DNA of 64,000 nt from Geosiphon pyriformis uo1 (lineage: Eukaryota; Fungi; Glomeromycota): NCBI GenBank assembly GCA_016748015.1, contig JAAOMT010000096.1, positions 391,087-455,086 of the forward strand, read 5' to 3'. The position numbers and the translations under genes are program-made. A model generated the notes under the pieces. The model was not told the DNA's origin. It saw only the letters and a program-made list of their open reading frames with translations, and made no database searches. Within the stretch, counting starts at the first letter, position 1, and each line of letters opens with the position of its first letter. Shown here piece after piece: positions 38,402-53,285 of the stretch.

Positions 38402-39417
38402 TATTACTAATAGAATTAATCAATAATTAACATAAAATTACTCTTATAATTTCTATCTTAATTAGCATATATTATTATTAGTTCAATTATTACTTAATAT
38501 TTAATCAAATTATTAAATATTACTATCTAATTAATAATTTAATTTATCTTCTCCTAAAATTGTTTTTTTATTTATTAAATTAGGAAATTTTTCTTGTAAA
38601 AGTGACAAGATACTACTATTAAATCAACAATCTGAACAAATTCTATAACATTCAAAAATTTGCCAAAATTTGTAAAATTTTGTAAAATAATTTAATAGTT
38701 TATCAAAATAATTAATAGTTTATAGAAACAATTTGTATTTCACTAAAATATATTTTTAGTTTGTTAAAATAATAGCAAAAAAAAGGTGCAAGTTCAAAAA
38801 CTAGTACTATAATAAGTTGTATAAAAAAAAGCTTTTTTTTTTAAGAAAATATATCTTATTTTAGAATTATTTTTCTTAAAACAAATTTTTTAGTAAAAAT
38901 CAATAAAATATCAAATACTTTAAAAACATAATTCATTTTAATTAATTACAAATTAAAATTTTTCAAATTCTAACTAATGTTTTAAAATTAATTAACTACT
39001 AATTTCAATAATCTGTTAATGATTTCAAGTCTAAAAAAAATAATTCTCTTAATAAAATTTTTTTTTATAAACAAAATTTTTGTAGAAAAATTGATTTTTA
39101 CAGCAAAATAACTACACATTTTTAGTAAGTTTTCAGATAAACATTTTTTAAAAAAGAATTGATTTTTACAGCAAAATAACTACACATTTTTAGTAAGTTT
39201 TCAGATAAACATTTTTTAAAAAAGAATTGATTTTTATTATAAAATACTTATATAAGTAACTGGTATAAAATTGGTTATTTTATTTATAAGTCCAAAAGTT
39301 CAAATTATAAAAGATAATTTAAAAATAAATTCAGTTATTAGAAGTTTAATTGCTTTAGTAATTATAAATTAACAGCAAACAATATTCAAAAAAAGAGACC
39401 AAAAACTTTTGATAATA
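38402..39417 (+). repeat. Decayed LTR of family F followed by a PBS relic (39420-39435) and internal remnants to about 40626
   Basis: Matches the reverse complement of 33436-34398; followed by TTTGGTGTTTTTCTATAG; gag-like AYITKIIKFT near 40180. Confidence 0.75.
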
Positions 39418-40626
39418 TTTGGTGTTTTTCTATAGATTAAATTCAAAAACGTTTTTATTATTGCCTATATTGTTAGAGTAATTACTTTGGTTTTTTGCTA
39501 AGTAATTAAGAAGATTTGTGTTAATAAAAATTTGTTTAAACTGTTGTGTTGGGTTTTTTGGTAATGTAAAATTTTTTGTTCTTAAAAAATAATTAAGTAG
39601 TAAGTTTGGTGTTTGAGCTTAAACAAATAAAGTTAAAAATAGTGTAATTGAAAATAGTAGTTTAAAACTGATTCTTTTTTTAAGTGTTTACAAATATTGA
39701 AAAATTGTTTTTGGTATGTTAAATGTTATATAAACTGGTTAGATGTTTTTTTTGTTTTTTTTTGTTTTAAGTTTATATTTAAGTTCAAAAACAAATTATA
39801 AATTGACAGAATATTTTTCTTCATAAGATTTAATAATATTATAATCTAGTTCTCCAAAATAAGTAGTATAATTATTAACACTAATATTTTTTGGGTTTTT
39901 ATGAAATAGTAAATAAAATTTTTGAAAAAATTTTACTTGACTTCTGTAATGTTGTAATTTTTAAAAAGATAATCATTAATTTAGTTTTTGATATATTAAA
40001 AAAGTGTTTTCTTAAAAGCTATAATTCCATTTTATATTTTAAATTGTTATTTACAGTAAATGTAAATTAACTAATAGTATTCTAAAATTGTTATGTTTAA
40101 TATGATTACCACTTTGAAGTTATTATTGCTGTATTACTAAAAAAAACTGCTAAAAATGTAAATACAAAAGAAATAACAACAGCTTATATTACAAAGATTA
40201 TAAAATTTACAAAAAAAATATTGTTGTTACTAAAAAATTTTTACACTTTTTAATGCAAAAATTACAACACATACAATAAAAATTAACATCAAAATCATGC
40301 AAAAAAGACTTACATTATTATACTTAATCAACAAAATTAGCCAGCAATCTGAAAATAAATGATCAGCAATCAGTTCAATTACAACAAAGAGATATAGCAC
40401 AATTCAACAGTTTAACTAAGCTAAATACAAAGAAATCTTGGCAAACTAAGAAATACCAATGGAAATAAATGATTAACACATGTAATTTAATAACAACAGA
40501 CTTTGTTATGTTTCAAGATTCTTATATATTCTTATTAAAACAATCTAACATTCCAGATCCACAATTAATAGTTAAAAGTGATTACCAAGAAATGTAATCA
40601 ATTGATCTACTTCTGATTATGTTGAT

Positions 40627-43600
40627 TATAATTACAATTAGTATCATTGATTTATAATCAATATTCTAGATCCAGCTATCTAAATTTAATTATCTAAATT
40701 ACTAGCTTCTGGATAAATAACAGACTAAATAAGCTTATTATAAATTAATTAATTCAATATATATAAATAATTGATGTATTTTAAATAGTCCTAATATAAT
40801 ATATAGATCTGATATAATTTAGCTATATATACAGCTTTTTTGTTAGCTCAAAAAAGTATTAGTTTAATACTAAGTCAACTCTTTACTATAATTTTATAGT
40901 AAACAGTTAGTTTTCTCTTTTATACTTTGCTCTTTTTCTTTCTTCTTCTTATGCTCTAAATACTTGTTATCACAATTTCAAATATGTCTTTCAAATATTT
41001 CTTATTACTATTTAGAATTATGTTGTTTATAATCTCTTATATACTTATTATTATTATTTCGAGTTTTTCTATTATTTTTATTCTCTAAATTATGTATTAT
41101 TACCATTTCACATTTATGTTTTATTTCACTAAACAAGTTATTAAAAATATATATATGTAATAAAAATATTATATTGTTAAAGAGTAGTTTCAACAATATA
41201 AACTTCTAATTAAAATCTATTTCAGTTATGTTTTATTTTCATAACTCTTTTATCATTTCTATAACTTTATTTTCAAAGTGAATATTTGAATACTACATTT
41301 TTTTAACAACTAATTGAAAGAATTATGATTATCTATTTATTAAAATAGTTGGTTTTCTCTTTATTACTGGTTGCATTTGTAATATAAATAAAGAAATATG
41401 ACTTTTTTTTCTCTTTTAAAATACTTAAGACTGGTTTTTGTCCAAAAACAAATAATAATAACAATATTTTTTCTTATTTTTAATGATTTTATTATACACC
41501 TTTTTTTGCTTTTCCATTTACTAAAATAGTTCATACACTTATAATATGCTATAATCAGTAGTTATAATTATAATAATGAGTGTTTTAGGTAAAAACTATT
41601 GTTATTACTAAAAAGTTATAAATATGTAGCTTTTACTTAGTAATATTGCTTAATAAAATATCAAAAACAGAAGATACAAATAGATAAAATACAACAAAAA
41701 TACTAAAAACAATTTCTTATTTTTTTCAAAAAACAACTAGAAAATAGTTTGAAAACTTAAAAAAATTTTTCAAAAATTGGTAAACATTTAAAAATGGTTT
41801 TTTAGAACAGTTTATAAACAATAATATCTTTATTATTCTTTAAAATTAGTTCTGAAATATTAAACAGAAATCTTTTAAATTTATTATAACTTATTTTAGA
41901 AAGTTTAACAAGCCTTTTTAATAAATTTGCCAATTAAAAACTAACAATTACTATTTCAATACTCAAATCTTAAACCAATTTATTGTTGAACTTAAGAATA
42001 AGTTAATAAAAAAAGTTTGTCTATATGTTTTTAAAAATTTAGCCACAGCCATTCAACATATAAAGACCTATGAAATAGTTATAAAAAAAATCAATTATAC
42101 CAAATTTTTTAACTTAGCTATTAAAGTAACCAGCTTAACAGCTAAAAAAAATCAATTAACTAACTAAAAAAGTTGAAAACTATTTTACCAATTAATAATA
42201 GCAACAATAACAAAAGTATCAATTATTACAATAATAAAACCAAAACAACTTTTTATTATTATTTAACAACCAATCTTAAAATTGCCACTATTATAAAATT
42301 TTAGAACATTAGAAACAGGATTGTAAAAAAATACAAAAAGACTAATAACAAAAGAATAATTAATATTACTTTTAGCCATAGCAATTTTATTACTAACTAT
42401 TATTATCAGTCTATTATTTATCAAAACTTCAATGTCAACACAATTACTATTAACTTATTACACAACTAATTTAATAACAATACCAACAACCACTATTTGT
42501 TTAATAATATCAAGTATCTGCAAGAAAATTGGATTAACAAAACTAATTTATACACTAAAATCAATTTTCAACAAACAATAACAGAACTAATATCAACAAT
42601 TTATTGATTCTTTAAAACAATTTGCAACAAAAATTCACACATTATTATATTTAATCCAATTATTTAATAATGCTAGAAAAACCGAATTTTCAACAAACTG
42701 TACTTTTTAAAAATAAAACTACAGCACCAAAATTAAACTTTTCTAATAAAACAATTTTATTAACAAAAATTGTAAAAAATGCCAATTTTTTTGATATTTT
42801 TTCTTTCGAATTTAAAGCAAATAAATTACTATTTTTATTTAGTAATGCAGTTGTTAACAAACAAAAAACAATTACAGCTATTTATATTAAAATAGAAATT
42901 AAAAAAAAACCAATTTATTTAATTTTAGACAGTAAATTAGTAGAAAGCATCATTATCTACCAATTAATACAACAGTTTCAATGGAATATTAACAAACTAA
43001 TTAAAACAGTCATTGTTATAGCTAATAGTATAAAGAAAACACCAGTAAAAAAATTAATAACTTCTTATTTACAATTAACAGAATTACTATTTTAGTTAAA
43101 GTCTTAGTTATAAATATATCTTAATACTAAGCTCTAGTCAAAAACAATTAATTTTTTAAGATCAAGACAAATCTAAATTAAAAACCCAAGAATTAAAGAT
43201 TTTATACTAAAGATAATATATTTAAGTACCAATTATTTGTAATACTTTTAACAAATGATTCAAAAAAGCCTTGGTGTTCAAATTTGAAGAAAAAAAAAGA
43301 AACCAATTACCAAAACTTACATGGTTTTTAAATCAACATTTAATTAAGCTAAAAAAACAAAGCAGCTATTTAAAACATCTATATTATAACCAATATTATT
43401 ATGACTTAAAAAAAATAGCCAACAATTTATCTTTACAATCAAACCAATTAGTAATTAATATGTTTTATATTTAAAATCAGAACCAAAAAGACAATCACCA
43501 CATATTTTTCCCAAATACAAAGATTGCAATAAAAAGTTTTTATCTATGAGAGCTTGTATATTATTAGAAAAAAATATAAAATTTATACTTATAATTACTG

Positions 43601-46389
43601 TAAAGTCTGTTATTAAAAATAATTTAGCAGTCTAAAATAAAATAAAAAATAAAACAACACATCTTATTTTACATATAAAAAATTATTGCTTAAAGTATAT
43701 AATTAGATTAATATTATTATAAGAGGAAAAATCTATAATTAAACCTGCTAATATGCTTTCTTAATTACAAAAAAGTTAAAAAAGAAACACTTTTTAATAT
43801 AACATATAATAAAACTTTCAACAAATTTTATTATTATTTATAAAATGCTAAAATAATCTATAAATTAACCATAGTTTTAATCAATAAAGAAACTTAAAAA
43901 AATATCTGCCAAATAAAAAAAGCTAAATACATTAAATATTCATTTAAAATTGCTAAATACAACTATAAAAATAAAATAGAAATATACTATTAAATTATCA
44001 ATTATATTTAATAATTAAAACAAATAAATATTCAACTATACAAAAAATATGTTATATTTTGTAATGACTAATAGTATTCAGAATGCTATACACTTATTAT
44101 TTTTTTGTTTAATAAAAGTAATAAGTACAAAATTGAATTTAAAAAACTGGAACTTAAAAAAATTGTAACTATATCAATTTATCTAGTTAAAAATTAGTCT
44201 GCTATTTAACTTAAGTATTTTGATAATAATAGTCAAAAAATTAAGCCAAAAAAAGCTTATAAAATTAATATAAAATATGATCTATAATATTCTGGCAAAG
44301 ATACATTAATTCTTTAACCAAAGTTCTTAACAAAAATCAATTTAAAAATCACTCTTAAAATTTTATTAGGAGCAATAATACAAATTGTTTTACAATTATT
44401 ATTAACAAACAAAAAAATAAATATTAAAAGAGAAATTATAAATACAAAATATATTAGAGATATTATAATTATACTACAAAATAAAACAAACAAATTATTC
44501 AAAATTAAATATGCTAAAAAGATTGCCCAAGCTATTTATCTATTCTTAATTTACATTTTGAATTTGTAATTAGTTAATTTAAGAGAATAATTAGGCAAAA
44601 GTAATCGAAAAACTTAAGATTTTAGTTTAATCAGATAATTTATAATCCTAATAAATATAACTTTTAATATACAAAAAGAATTTTATCAGATTCTTTGACT
44701 TTTCTAATCAATTATCATTCAACTTTTTAGAAAACATTAAAAAATCTATATCTGTCCCAAACTTTTATTACTATATAACAAATTTTCAAATCCAATAAAC
44801 AGATTTATAAAAAACACAATATTTTTATATTAAATATTTATATTTCTAAAAAAATAAAAAAGTTTTAAGTCATATTTTACAATTTTTACAATTATCTTAT
44901 TATTTTATTAAATAGCCTAAAAATCGGAATTATACATAGTAATGTTTTTTAAAAAGAAATTTTACAAACTATCTTTAATTTTACCAATATTATTATTAAT
45001 ATGTTTATATATTTGCCAAAAACAATAATAATCTAAGAAAAACTAATATTATTCAACACTAAATTCATATTGAAAATGCTTTATTAAAATGCCAACAAAC
45101 TTATCAAGTTCTATTTGCCAATTATTAATTTATTAGAAAAAAAGTTCAACAAATGTTTACCAATAAACTTATTCAATTCTTTAAAAGTTTTTGGGCTGTA
45201 TTAGTTGTTTTGGTAAAAAAAAATAACAAAATACGATTTTGTGTTAACTATTAACAACTCAACAATATTATAACTAAAAATACTTATTTTTTACCAAGAA
45301 TTAACAATATGCTAGATGCCTTAAAAAAAGCCAAATTCTTTTCAACTTTAAACTTGAAAAGTGAATATTGATAAGTTAAAATAAATTAAAAAACCATCAA
45401 AAAACAACATTTATTATTCAAGAAGAAAACTATAAATTTAATATAATGTTTTTTAAACTCTGTAATATATCAGTAATATTTTAAAAATTTATAAATATTG
45501 TTTATAAAAAATTTCTATGGCAATTAATAATTGTTTATTTCAATAATATTAATATCTACTTTTTAACTTTTAAAGCTTATTTAATTTATCTGCGAAAAGT
45601 TTTTTAATGATTATAAAAAGCAAAATTAAAGTTAAATATTTTTATTTATTTCATTTTTTCTTTGAATTATTTAATATACCAAAAGTTTTTGAAAAAAAAA
45701 CATTTTTGGACTTTTTGTGACATTGTATTTCATTTTTTTTTCTGTAAAAATGTTTAGAAATTATGTTAAATGTCACTTTGAAAAAACAAGTTTGGCTTTA
45801 TTTGGTCATATTATTAGCAAAAATAGAATAAACTTAATTCAAAAAAATTACTACTATATAAAACTTCAAAGTTCTTTAAAACATTACCAAACTAAGAAAA
45901 TTTATAGAATTAATCTTTTATTATTGAAAATTTATTAAAAAATTTTTGAAAATTGTTAAACTTTTCAATTATCTAATTAATAAAGATATAAAATATTAAT
46001 GAACTTTAGCACAACAGAAAGTCTTTAATACTTTTAAAAAAAGTTAACAACAGCTTCAATTTTTGTCTATTTAGACTTTAATAAATAGTTTTAGTTAATT
46101 ATTAATATTTTACATACAGTCTTTGATACTATTCTATTATAATTAGATAACAATAACAAAAAATAAATAGTTGTTTATATTAGTAAAACACTTAAATTAG
46201 CAAAACTCAAATATGACTTTATTAAATTAAAAACAGTAATTGTTATCTAAACTCTTAAATACTTTTAATAGTACTTATGAAGAGAAAAAAAATTTGATAT
46301 TATTACTAACAATATTAATTTTAAATAGTTTAACAAAGAAAATATAAAACTTAATATTAAACAATTTTAATAAACTAACTTTTAGTTAA
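40627..46389 (+). mobile_element. Heavily decayed Ty3/Gypsy copy E (second dUTPase family), cut by copy D
   Basis: Candidate LTR 40627-41572 with inverted ends (TATAATTACAAT / GTTATAATTATA); LILDS near 42920; dUTPase about 44220-44640 (YDL.YSGKD, KIAQAIYL); RT about 45100-46000 (RFCVNY, LPRINNMLDAL); RNase H to 46389. Confidence 0.75.
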
Positions 46390-47190
46390 TATTACTCATA
46401 AAAAAAAAGTACAAGAAAAAAATAAGAAAAAACAGATTATAAAATAGATAAATAAGAGAATAATATTCAATGAATAAGCATATTTTTAGAAAATTATAAC
46501 ATATTTTCAGGAAGTAATATAGAAATATATAAGATTTTATATAATACAAAATATGTATATATAATAAAAGTATTAGAAACAAAAAAAACAGAAGCTAAAA
46601 ACAAGTAATTTATCAAATATTTTTCTTTTTATAAAATAGTTTTTTATAACTTAAAGTAAAATTATATTCATATTAATAAAATACCTATTATTATTCAATT
46701 CATATTATTATTAATTGATTAAAAAAATATTAATTATTTCTGCACTATCAACAACTTATGTTAATAAAATTTAATACTTAATAATACTAAACCAATAACT
46801 CTTAATTATAACTATTAATTAAATACTAATTTCTTATTTTTATTTTTTATTTTTTTTTATTTTTATTTTTTTGTTGTTTACTAATTAATTAAAGATATTA
46901 AGTACTAAATAATTAATATCAAGGATAATCTGATAAAAAACCCATAAAACAAAGATAAAAAACTTAAAAATAGCTTATTAAAAAAACATAACTACCAGAT
47001 TAAACCAGCTATTATGTTAAAAAAAAATTCATAAAAAAAATCATTAATTGAATCTCTGTTTATTATACAAAAAGTTCAACCAAAACCTTTAAATCACAAA
47101 ACTTTCAGAAATTACTATAATTGATAGCTATTAAGCACCAAGTTACAGATTTGTTATTTATTTCAATACTTCAAATAATTATCTGTAACA
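46390..47190 (+). repeat. 5' LTR of copy D
   Basis: TATTACTCATA...TGTAACA followed by TTTGGTGCTC; its first half is repeated at 62801-63212. Confidence 0.88.
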
Positions 47191-48121
47191 TTTGGTGCTC
47201 TTTATAAGATATAATTTAACAAAAAACCAGTATTAACATCTACTATTTAAAACAGTAACAGAATTAGAAGTAATAGAAACAAATCATTTGGAATTTACAA
47301 AGACATTATTCCAATATTATTAAACTTATTTCAGACTAACAAGTAATAATTGGCCAACAAAATCAACTTTTAATTATTATGTTAATAAAAAAACTATATA
47401 CTATTTAAAAGGCCAAAAAAATTAAGAAGCCACTCTTAAAAATTTTTACAGTAAATTATTTCAAAGCATTATACTTCTACAAAATTATCTGTTTGTTCTA
47501 CTAATCACAAAAATAAATTAAGAAATTAAGAACTACATCCAACAGAAATTTTTTATCACCTTTGCAGACAAAAAAAAATTACAAATCTTAGCAGAAACAC
47601 CAAAGAAAATACAACTGCCTAACTGAAAAAAACTAAAAGTTATTTTATCTATTAATTTATTATATCATTATACATCTGAAAGCACTATTCAGATAACATT
47701 AACAGTTGTAGTCACATCTAACATAAAAATATCATTAGCAAAAATTCTGTTTTAAAACAATTAGGAGAAATCTAAGCAACTAAAAACCTATGACAATTAT
47801 TTTGAGAGATTTAAATTATAATCAACAATTTTATTCAAACTTTAATTACTGCTATTTTAACTTAATTTCGGATTTATTAATAATTGGGCAAAAACCAAAT
47901 CAGAAGAAAAGAATAACAATCAAGAAATTAATAATCAAAACCTAATCCCAAATAACTTAAAAATCCAAACTCTGATTATTTAAATCCAGCAAAACCCAAA
48001 CAATCTAAATTTAGTTTTATTCTTTAACAAAACTTATCTTCAATTATTTGGATTAATCTACCAATTACATCAATAGCTATTCTTCAACTATCACAACAAC
48101 TTGTATTAATAACATACACAT

Positions 48122-49069
48122 TATTACTCATAGAAAAAGTACAAAGAAAGAAAGTAAGAAAAACAGATAGAAAAAATAGACCAATAAGAAAATAGTACTT
48201 AACAAGTGAGTACAATGTCAAAAAACTATGACATATTGTTTAGCAATATGCATATTGTTAGTGAATTATAGCATACTGCTTAGCAATATAAGCATTATTA
48301 GTAAATTAAAGCATACTGTTCAGCAATAAAAACATTATTAGTAAATTAGAGCATATTGCTTAAGAAAATATAAAATCTTATATAATATTAATTATATATA
48401 TATAACAAGAGTATTAGAAGCAAAAAAGACAGAATTCAGTTTAAAATTAAGACTAACAATCAATTAATTATCCAATACTTCTCTTTTTAAAAGGTAGTTT
48501 TCTACAACTTGAAGCAAAATTAAATTACATATTAATAAAATATTTATTATTATCTGAATTTATGTTATTATTACTTAATTAAGAAATATTAATTACTTCT
48601 ACTCTATTAAGATTTTATGTTGATAGAATCTAACACTTGATCATACTGAACCAATAATTTTTAATTATGGCTATTGAGAGAATACTAATTTTTTATTTTT
48701 TTTCATTTTCTTTTATTTTTTTTATTTTTTTATTTTATTTTATTGTTTATTAATTGATTAAAAAATTAATGTACAGAGTTATTGATGTTAAGAAAGACTG
48801 GTAAAAGACCCAAAAAACAAGAGTAAAAACTCGGAAATTGAGAATAGTTTATCAAAAAAAACTGGCCATTAAGCTAAGAAAGAAATTCATAAAATAAACT
48901 TCCAAGAAAGTACTGAAACAACCATTAAATTTCTGTCTATTATACAAAAAACTCAAACAAAATCTTCAGATTATAAAAACTTTCAGAAATACCAACAATT
49001 ATCAAGCTATTAAACACCAAGTTACGGATTTGTTATTTGTATCAACACCCTAAATAATTACTTGTAACA
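48122..49069 (+). mobile_element. Solo LTR (D-related) inserted in gag of copy D
   Basis: TATTACTCATAG...TGTAACA, no PBS after it; TSD ACAT/ATAT (48118-48121 and 49070-49073); excision restores the (M)AYA.IAKLEKFTG-like frame. Confidence 0.88.
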
Positions 49070-52000
49070 ATATTTATTACCAAATTAAAAAAATTTATAG
49101 GCAAAAAAGATAATATTCTAAGCTTGACTTAATAATATAGCCAAAACAATTACAGCCAATGGCTAAGATAATGTTAAAGCTCTTTAAACAATCTCATATT
49201 TTTTTCAAGACATTACTAACTTATAATATTAAAGATTGGTTAATTAGTTCCAAATTTTTAACATGTTTAAACAAAAATTTTAATAATATTTTAGCAAATA
49301 TAATAGTATTAATTGTCTATTAACTGGATTTACTACACTCAAACAAGATGATACAGAAACAGTTACAACTTATCTAAAATGTTTCTACTAAAATTTGTGC
49401 CAAATTCAGGCCATTAAAGCTAATTATTTTACAGTCTTACTAATTTTAAACCAATTTATTTATGGCTTATGCAGCAGTTTGCTATAATGAATATGCTCAT
49501 TATATTCAAATATTCTTCAAAATACAGTTACACATGCTAGAAATTTCAAATTAGCAGAACTCAAAGCCAATTATGCTCAAACTATAAATTTAGTAATAAA
49601 TAAATTATCTAAATTAAATATCAAATTGAAGCAATTTAACAAAACAATCAATTAGAAAATCAAGAGATACTTAGTTAGTAATCAGCAATTTATCAACTTT
49701 TTTAATATTTCAACTATTAAGAAAACTTCAATTGGTTCCAAAATCAGTTATGTTTATTATTATTAGTCTCAACAACTTAAACATAATAACAAAAAACACA
49801 TATTTTCTACTACTGTAATAAACAAAGACACTTGAAAATAGACTGTAAGACAAAATTAAATAATCAATAATTAAACAATCAATATTAAAACTCTAATCAC
49901 AAGTTTTAAATCCAAAACTCATCAATAATTTGTTATTAGAACAATATTAGTATTAGTCTTATTACTTCTAAATAATATAGTTAATATATATATCTCCAAT
50001 TTATTAAACTTTAATACCAGTAATTTATTAAGTTCTACAGTTACCAGTTATCTATTAATTCCAACAAATTCAAGTGCCATTCCAAATTTTAACTCAAATA
50101 TTTACTAAAAACCAAAGACTGAAAATCACTTATACTTAACAAAATTAGAGATTGGCAATAGTAATACACCAACTAATTTTTAGTTCATCAAACCAGTCAA
50201 CAAAATCACACCAATAAAGTTTAGAAAGTAAATATGTTTAAAACTTAAATTTTCAAAACTATTTAAGTCTCTTAGTTATTTCAAAAAATACTCAATTTTA
50301 TAATCTGAAATTATCAAAACAACTACTTATTAACAACATTTTATCAGTAATCATTACTAAAAACAAGTTATTTGTTGTTATATTTTTTTTAAATTAGAAG
50401 ACTAAATTAAAATATTATTATTCAATAAAACTATTTTTAACACTAAATTAATTATTGTCATATATACTAATATCAAAATTAATGGTCAATTTATTAAATT
50501 AATTTTTGATAATAATTTAACAGACAATATTATTACACAACAACTTGTAGATTAATTAAGTTTTTTGGTTAATCAAGCTATTAATGCCAAAATTATTATT
50601 ATTAATAAAACGGCAAGATTAATAATTTTTTATTCAAAATCAACAGTATTATTACACTTATTAAAGTTTTAGTTATAAAAATCATACAGTATCAAGCTCT
50701 TATTGATAATAACTAGCTGTCTGAAACCAACATTATACTTAATTGAAACACTTAAGAACTTTAGTTAACATATATTAAACAGTATAGTCAAGTTCCAACT
50801 ACTTGTAATTACTTTAAAACAACTATTACTACTTAATAACTATTATTAATTAAGTTCAAAAAAGAGAAAAAAAAACTTATTTGGAAAATCTATTAAGTTT
50901 TTTAGACCAAAAAAATCACAACAAACTGTTACCAATACTTATTTAAGAAAAAAAAGAAAAAAATAAACCTTAAACCATTACTACTACAAAAAAACAGCCA
51001 ATAGTTGGAATATTTTATACTTAATACCAATATCAAAAAAACATCCACTTTATATTTTACTTAAATATATAGATTATAACAAAAAGCTTTTATTTATAAA
51101 AGCTTAGATTTTTTTAGAAAAAAAATACAAAACACATACTTGTTATTATTGCAAAGTGTGTTATCAAGAATGTTTAAATATCCAAAATAACAGAAAAAAT
51201 AGGAGAATAAATTTTGTTTAGTTTATGAAAAAATTTTACTCAATAAAAGAATATAAAACAACATTTTTGGTTAAGAAAAAACATGTGACATATTATGTTA
51301 ATACACAATTTTTATTAATAATTGGATAAACAGAAAAACATCTTTAATACTGTATAAAACAAAGTTTTTTCATGTTTAAATAACTATTTATATAACAAAA
51401 ATAAAATTTGGCAAATGATAAATGCTAAAGTCAAAAACACTTTACTTAGTAAGATATTGACAATCAAAAACAACTTACCAGAACCTGTTAAAACCATTTT
51501 TATTTCAAATCCAAATATTTTTATTAACATTATAAGCAATCTAAAACAATTTCATAAATATTACCAAAATTTAGCATCCACTTAAAAAAAACAAAAACAA
51601 TATTTAAAATAATTAAATACTAAACTCTGTAAATATGGTTTAATTTTTAGTAACTTCAAATATTGTAATAATTGTAATCTTATTTACAATCTACTATTGT
51701 GCATAATTTATTTAATTTCTAAAGAGAAAAAACCAATCAACAATTGCACTTTACAATCAGAATTAGAACTTAATCTCAATTTAAACTCTGATAATAATAA
51801 TAATAACAATAGTTCTAATACTATCTACAATAGCAGCAACAATAATAATATTTCAAACTTTAATAAAAACTTCAAACAATATATTATGCTTTTAAATTTT
51901 TTAATAGAGCAAAAACTTAAATAGTTCAGTAATAACAATAAAAATATTATGTCAGAACACATATATAATACTAATACAGAATTTGATCTTAGATATTTTG

Positions 52001-53285
52001 AGAAGACTACTATCAAATCAGAACTTTATTTGCATACTAGCATAGATTTAATATTAGTACTGAAAATTTCAGCAATAATAATAGTACAATTAATATTTAG
52101 ATCTAGTTTAGCAAAAAAAGAGATTAATATTAAAAAAGTAATAATTGATGCAGAATATATAGAAAATATTATTGCAATACTACAAAATAAATCAAAAAAA
52201 GCATATATAATTGAACCAAATAAAAAGATAACACAGACAATATTTTTGTCTTTAGTAAAAATAGCTTAGTTAATATTAGTAAAAATAAAAAAAGAATTAA
52301 AGATAACAACAAGAAAAATAAATGAATTTGGATCTATGAATAAAATAGAGATATCAATCAATATAATAGAAAAGAAAACAATTAATCAAGAAAAAATTAT
52401 TTTTATCTATTAATTAATTTATATTCTATTATATAATCAACATATATTAATTATTAAAAAAAAATGAAAGATTAACCTCAGATTTTTGAAGTAAATTTTA
52501 CTATTTATAAGTCAGAAAAAATTATTATTACCAATTTTTATATACCAGCCAAAAACCATAAACATATTAAGATTTCAATATACAATACAACTAGAAACTC
52601 AATAAAAATATCAAGTAAAACTATTATTGAATACTTAAATACTAAATTTGAAAATTAAATACCAACTATTATTCCAAATTTTCTACAACTTTATAGATAT
52701 GTGAATATTATATTATTAACTATTTATAAATAAAAAAAATACTATTTACTACAACCAAAACAATTAGAGCAAATAAATTTGGGAAACTTAAATTCATTTT
52801 AATATATGCAAATTAAGCTGCTACTCAACAATTTTATCAACATCTTTACAAGTGAAAACAAATTTGGCAGAATTAATATCATTCAGTATCAAATTAAAAC
52901 TGGAAATTTAATATTATAACTTTTAACTTAATCAATGCTTCTGTTATCTTTCAATAATTAATAAAAATTGTTTATACTAGATTACTATAGAAATCAGTAA
53001 TAGTATATTTAAATAATACCAATGTATTCTCCAAAAAATTTAATAATTATCTTTATTATTTTTAACAAGTATTTGAAAAATTAAAAAAAAACAAAGTTAA
53101 AATTAAATACTACTAAGTGTTTTTTTGAAAAAATTGAACTCAATTTTTAAATATTGGAACTTTCTCTTGTCGATCTCCTGGCCACACTGAGAGCAAAGTT
53201 ATTCTGCCAAAGAAATACATTTCTTTTATACCTTTTCTCTTTTGTTTTCATCGCTATTTCTCTGAACACATCTATATTTGTGGCT

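Noticed and set aside
53154-53285. Hydrophobic N-terminal extension of LINE ORF1
   Set aside because: It starts at a TTG on the insertion junction and translates the pyrimidine-rich 5' UTR; the first ATG is at 53286.
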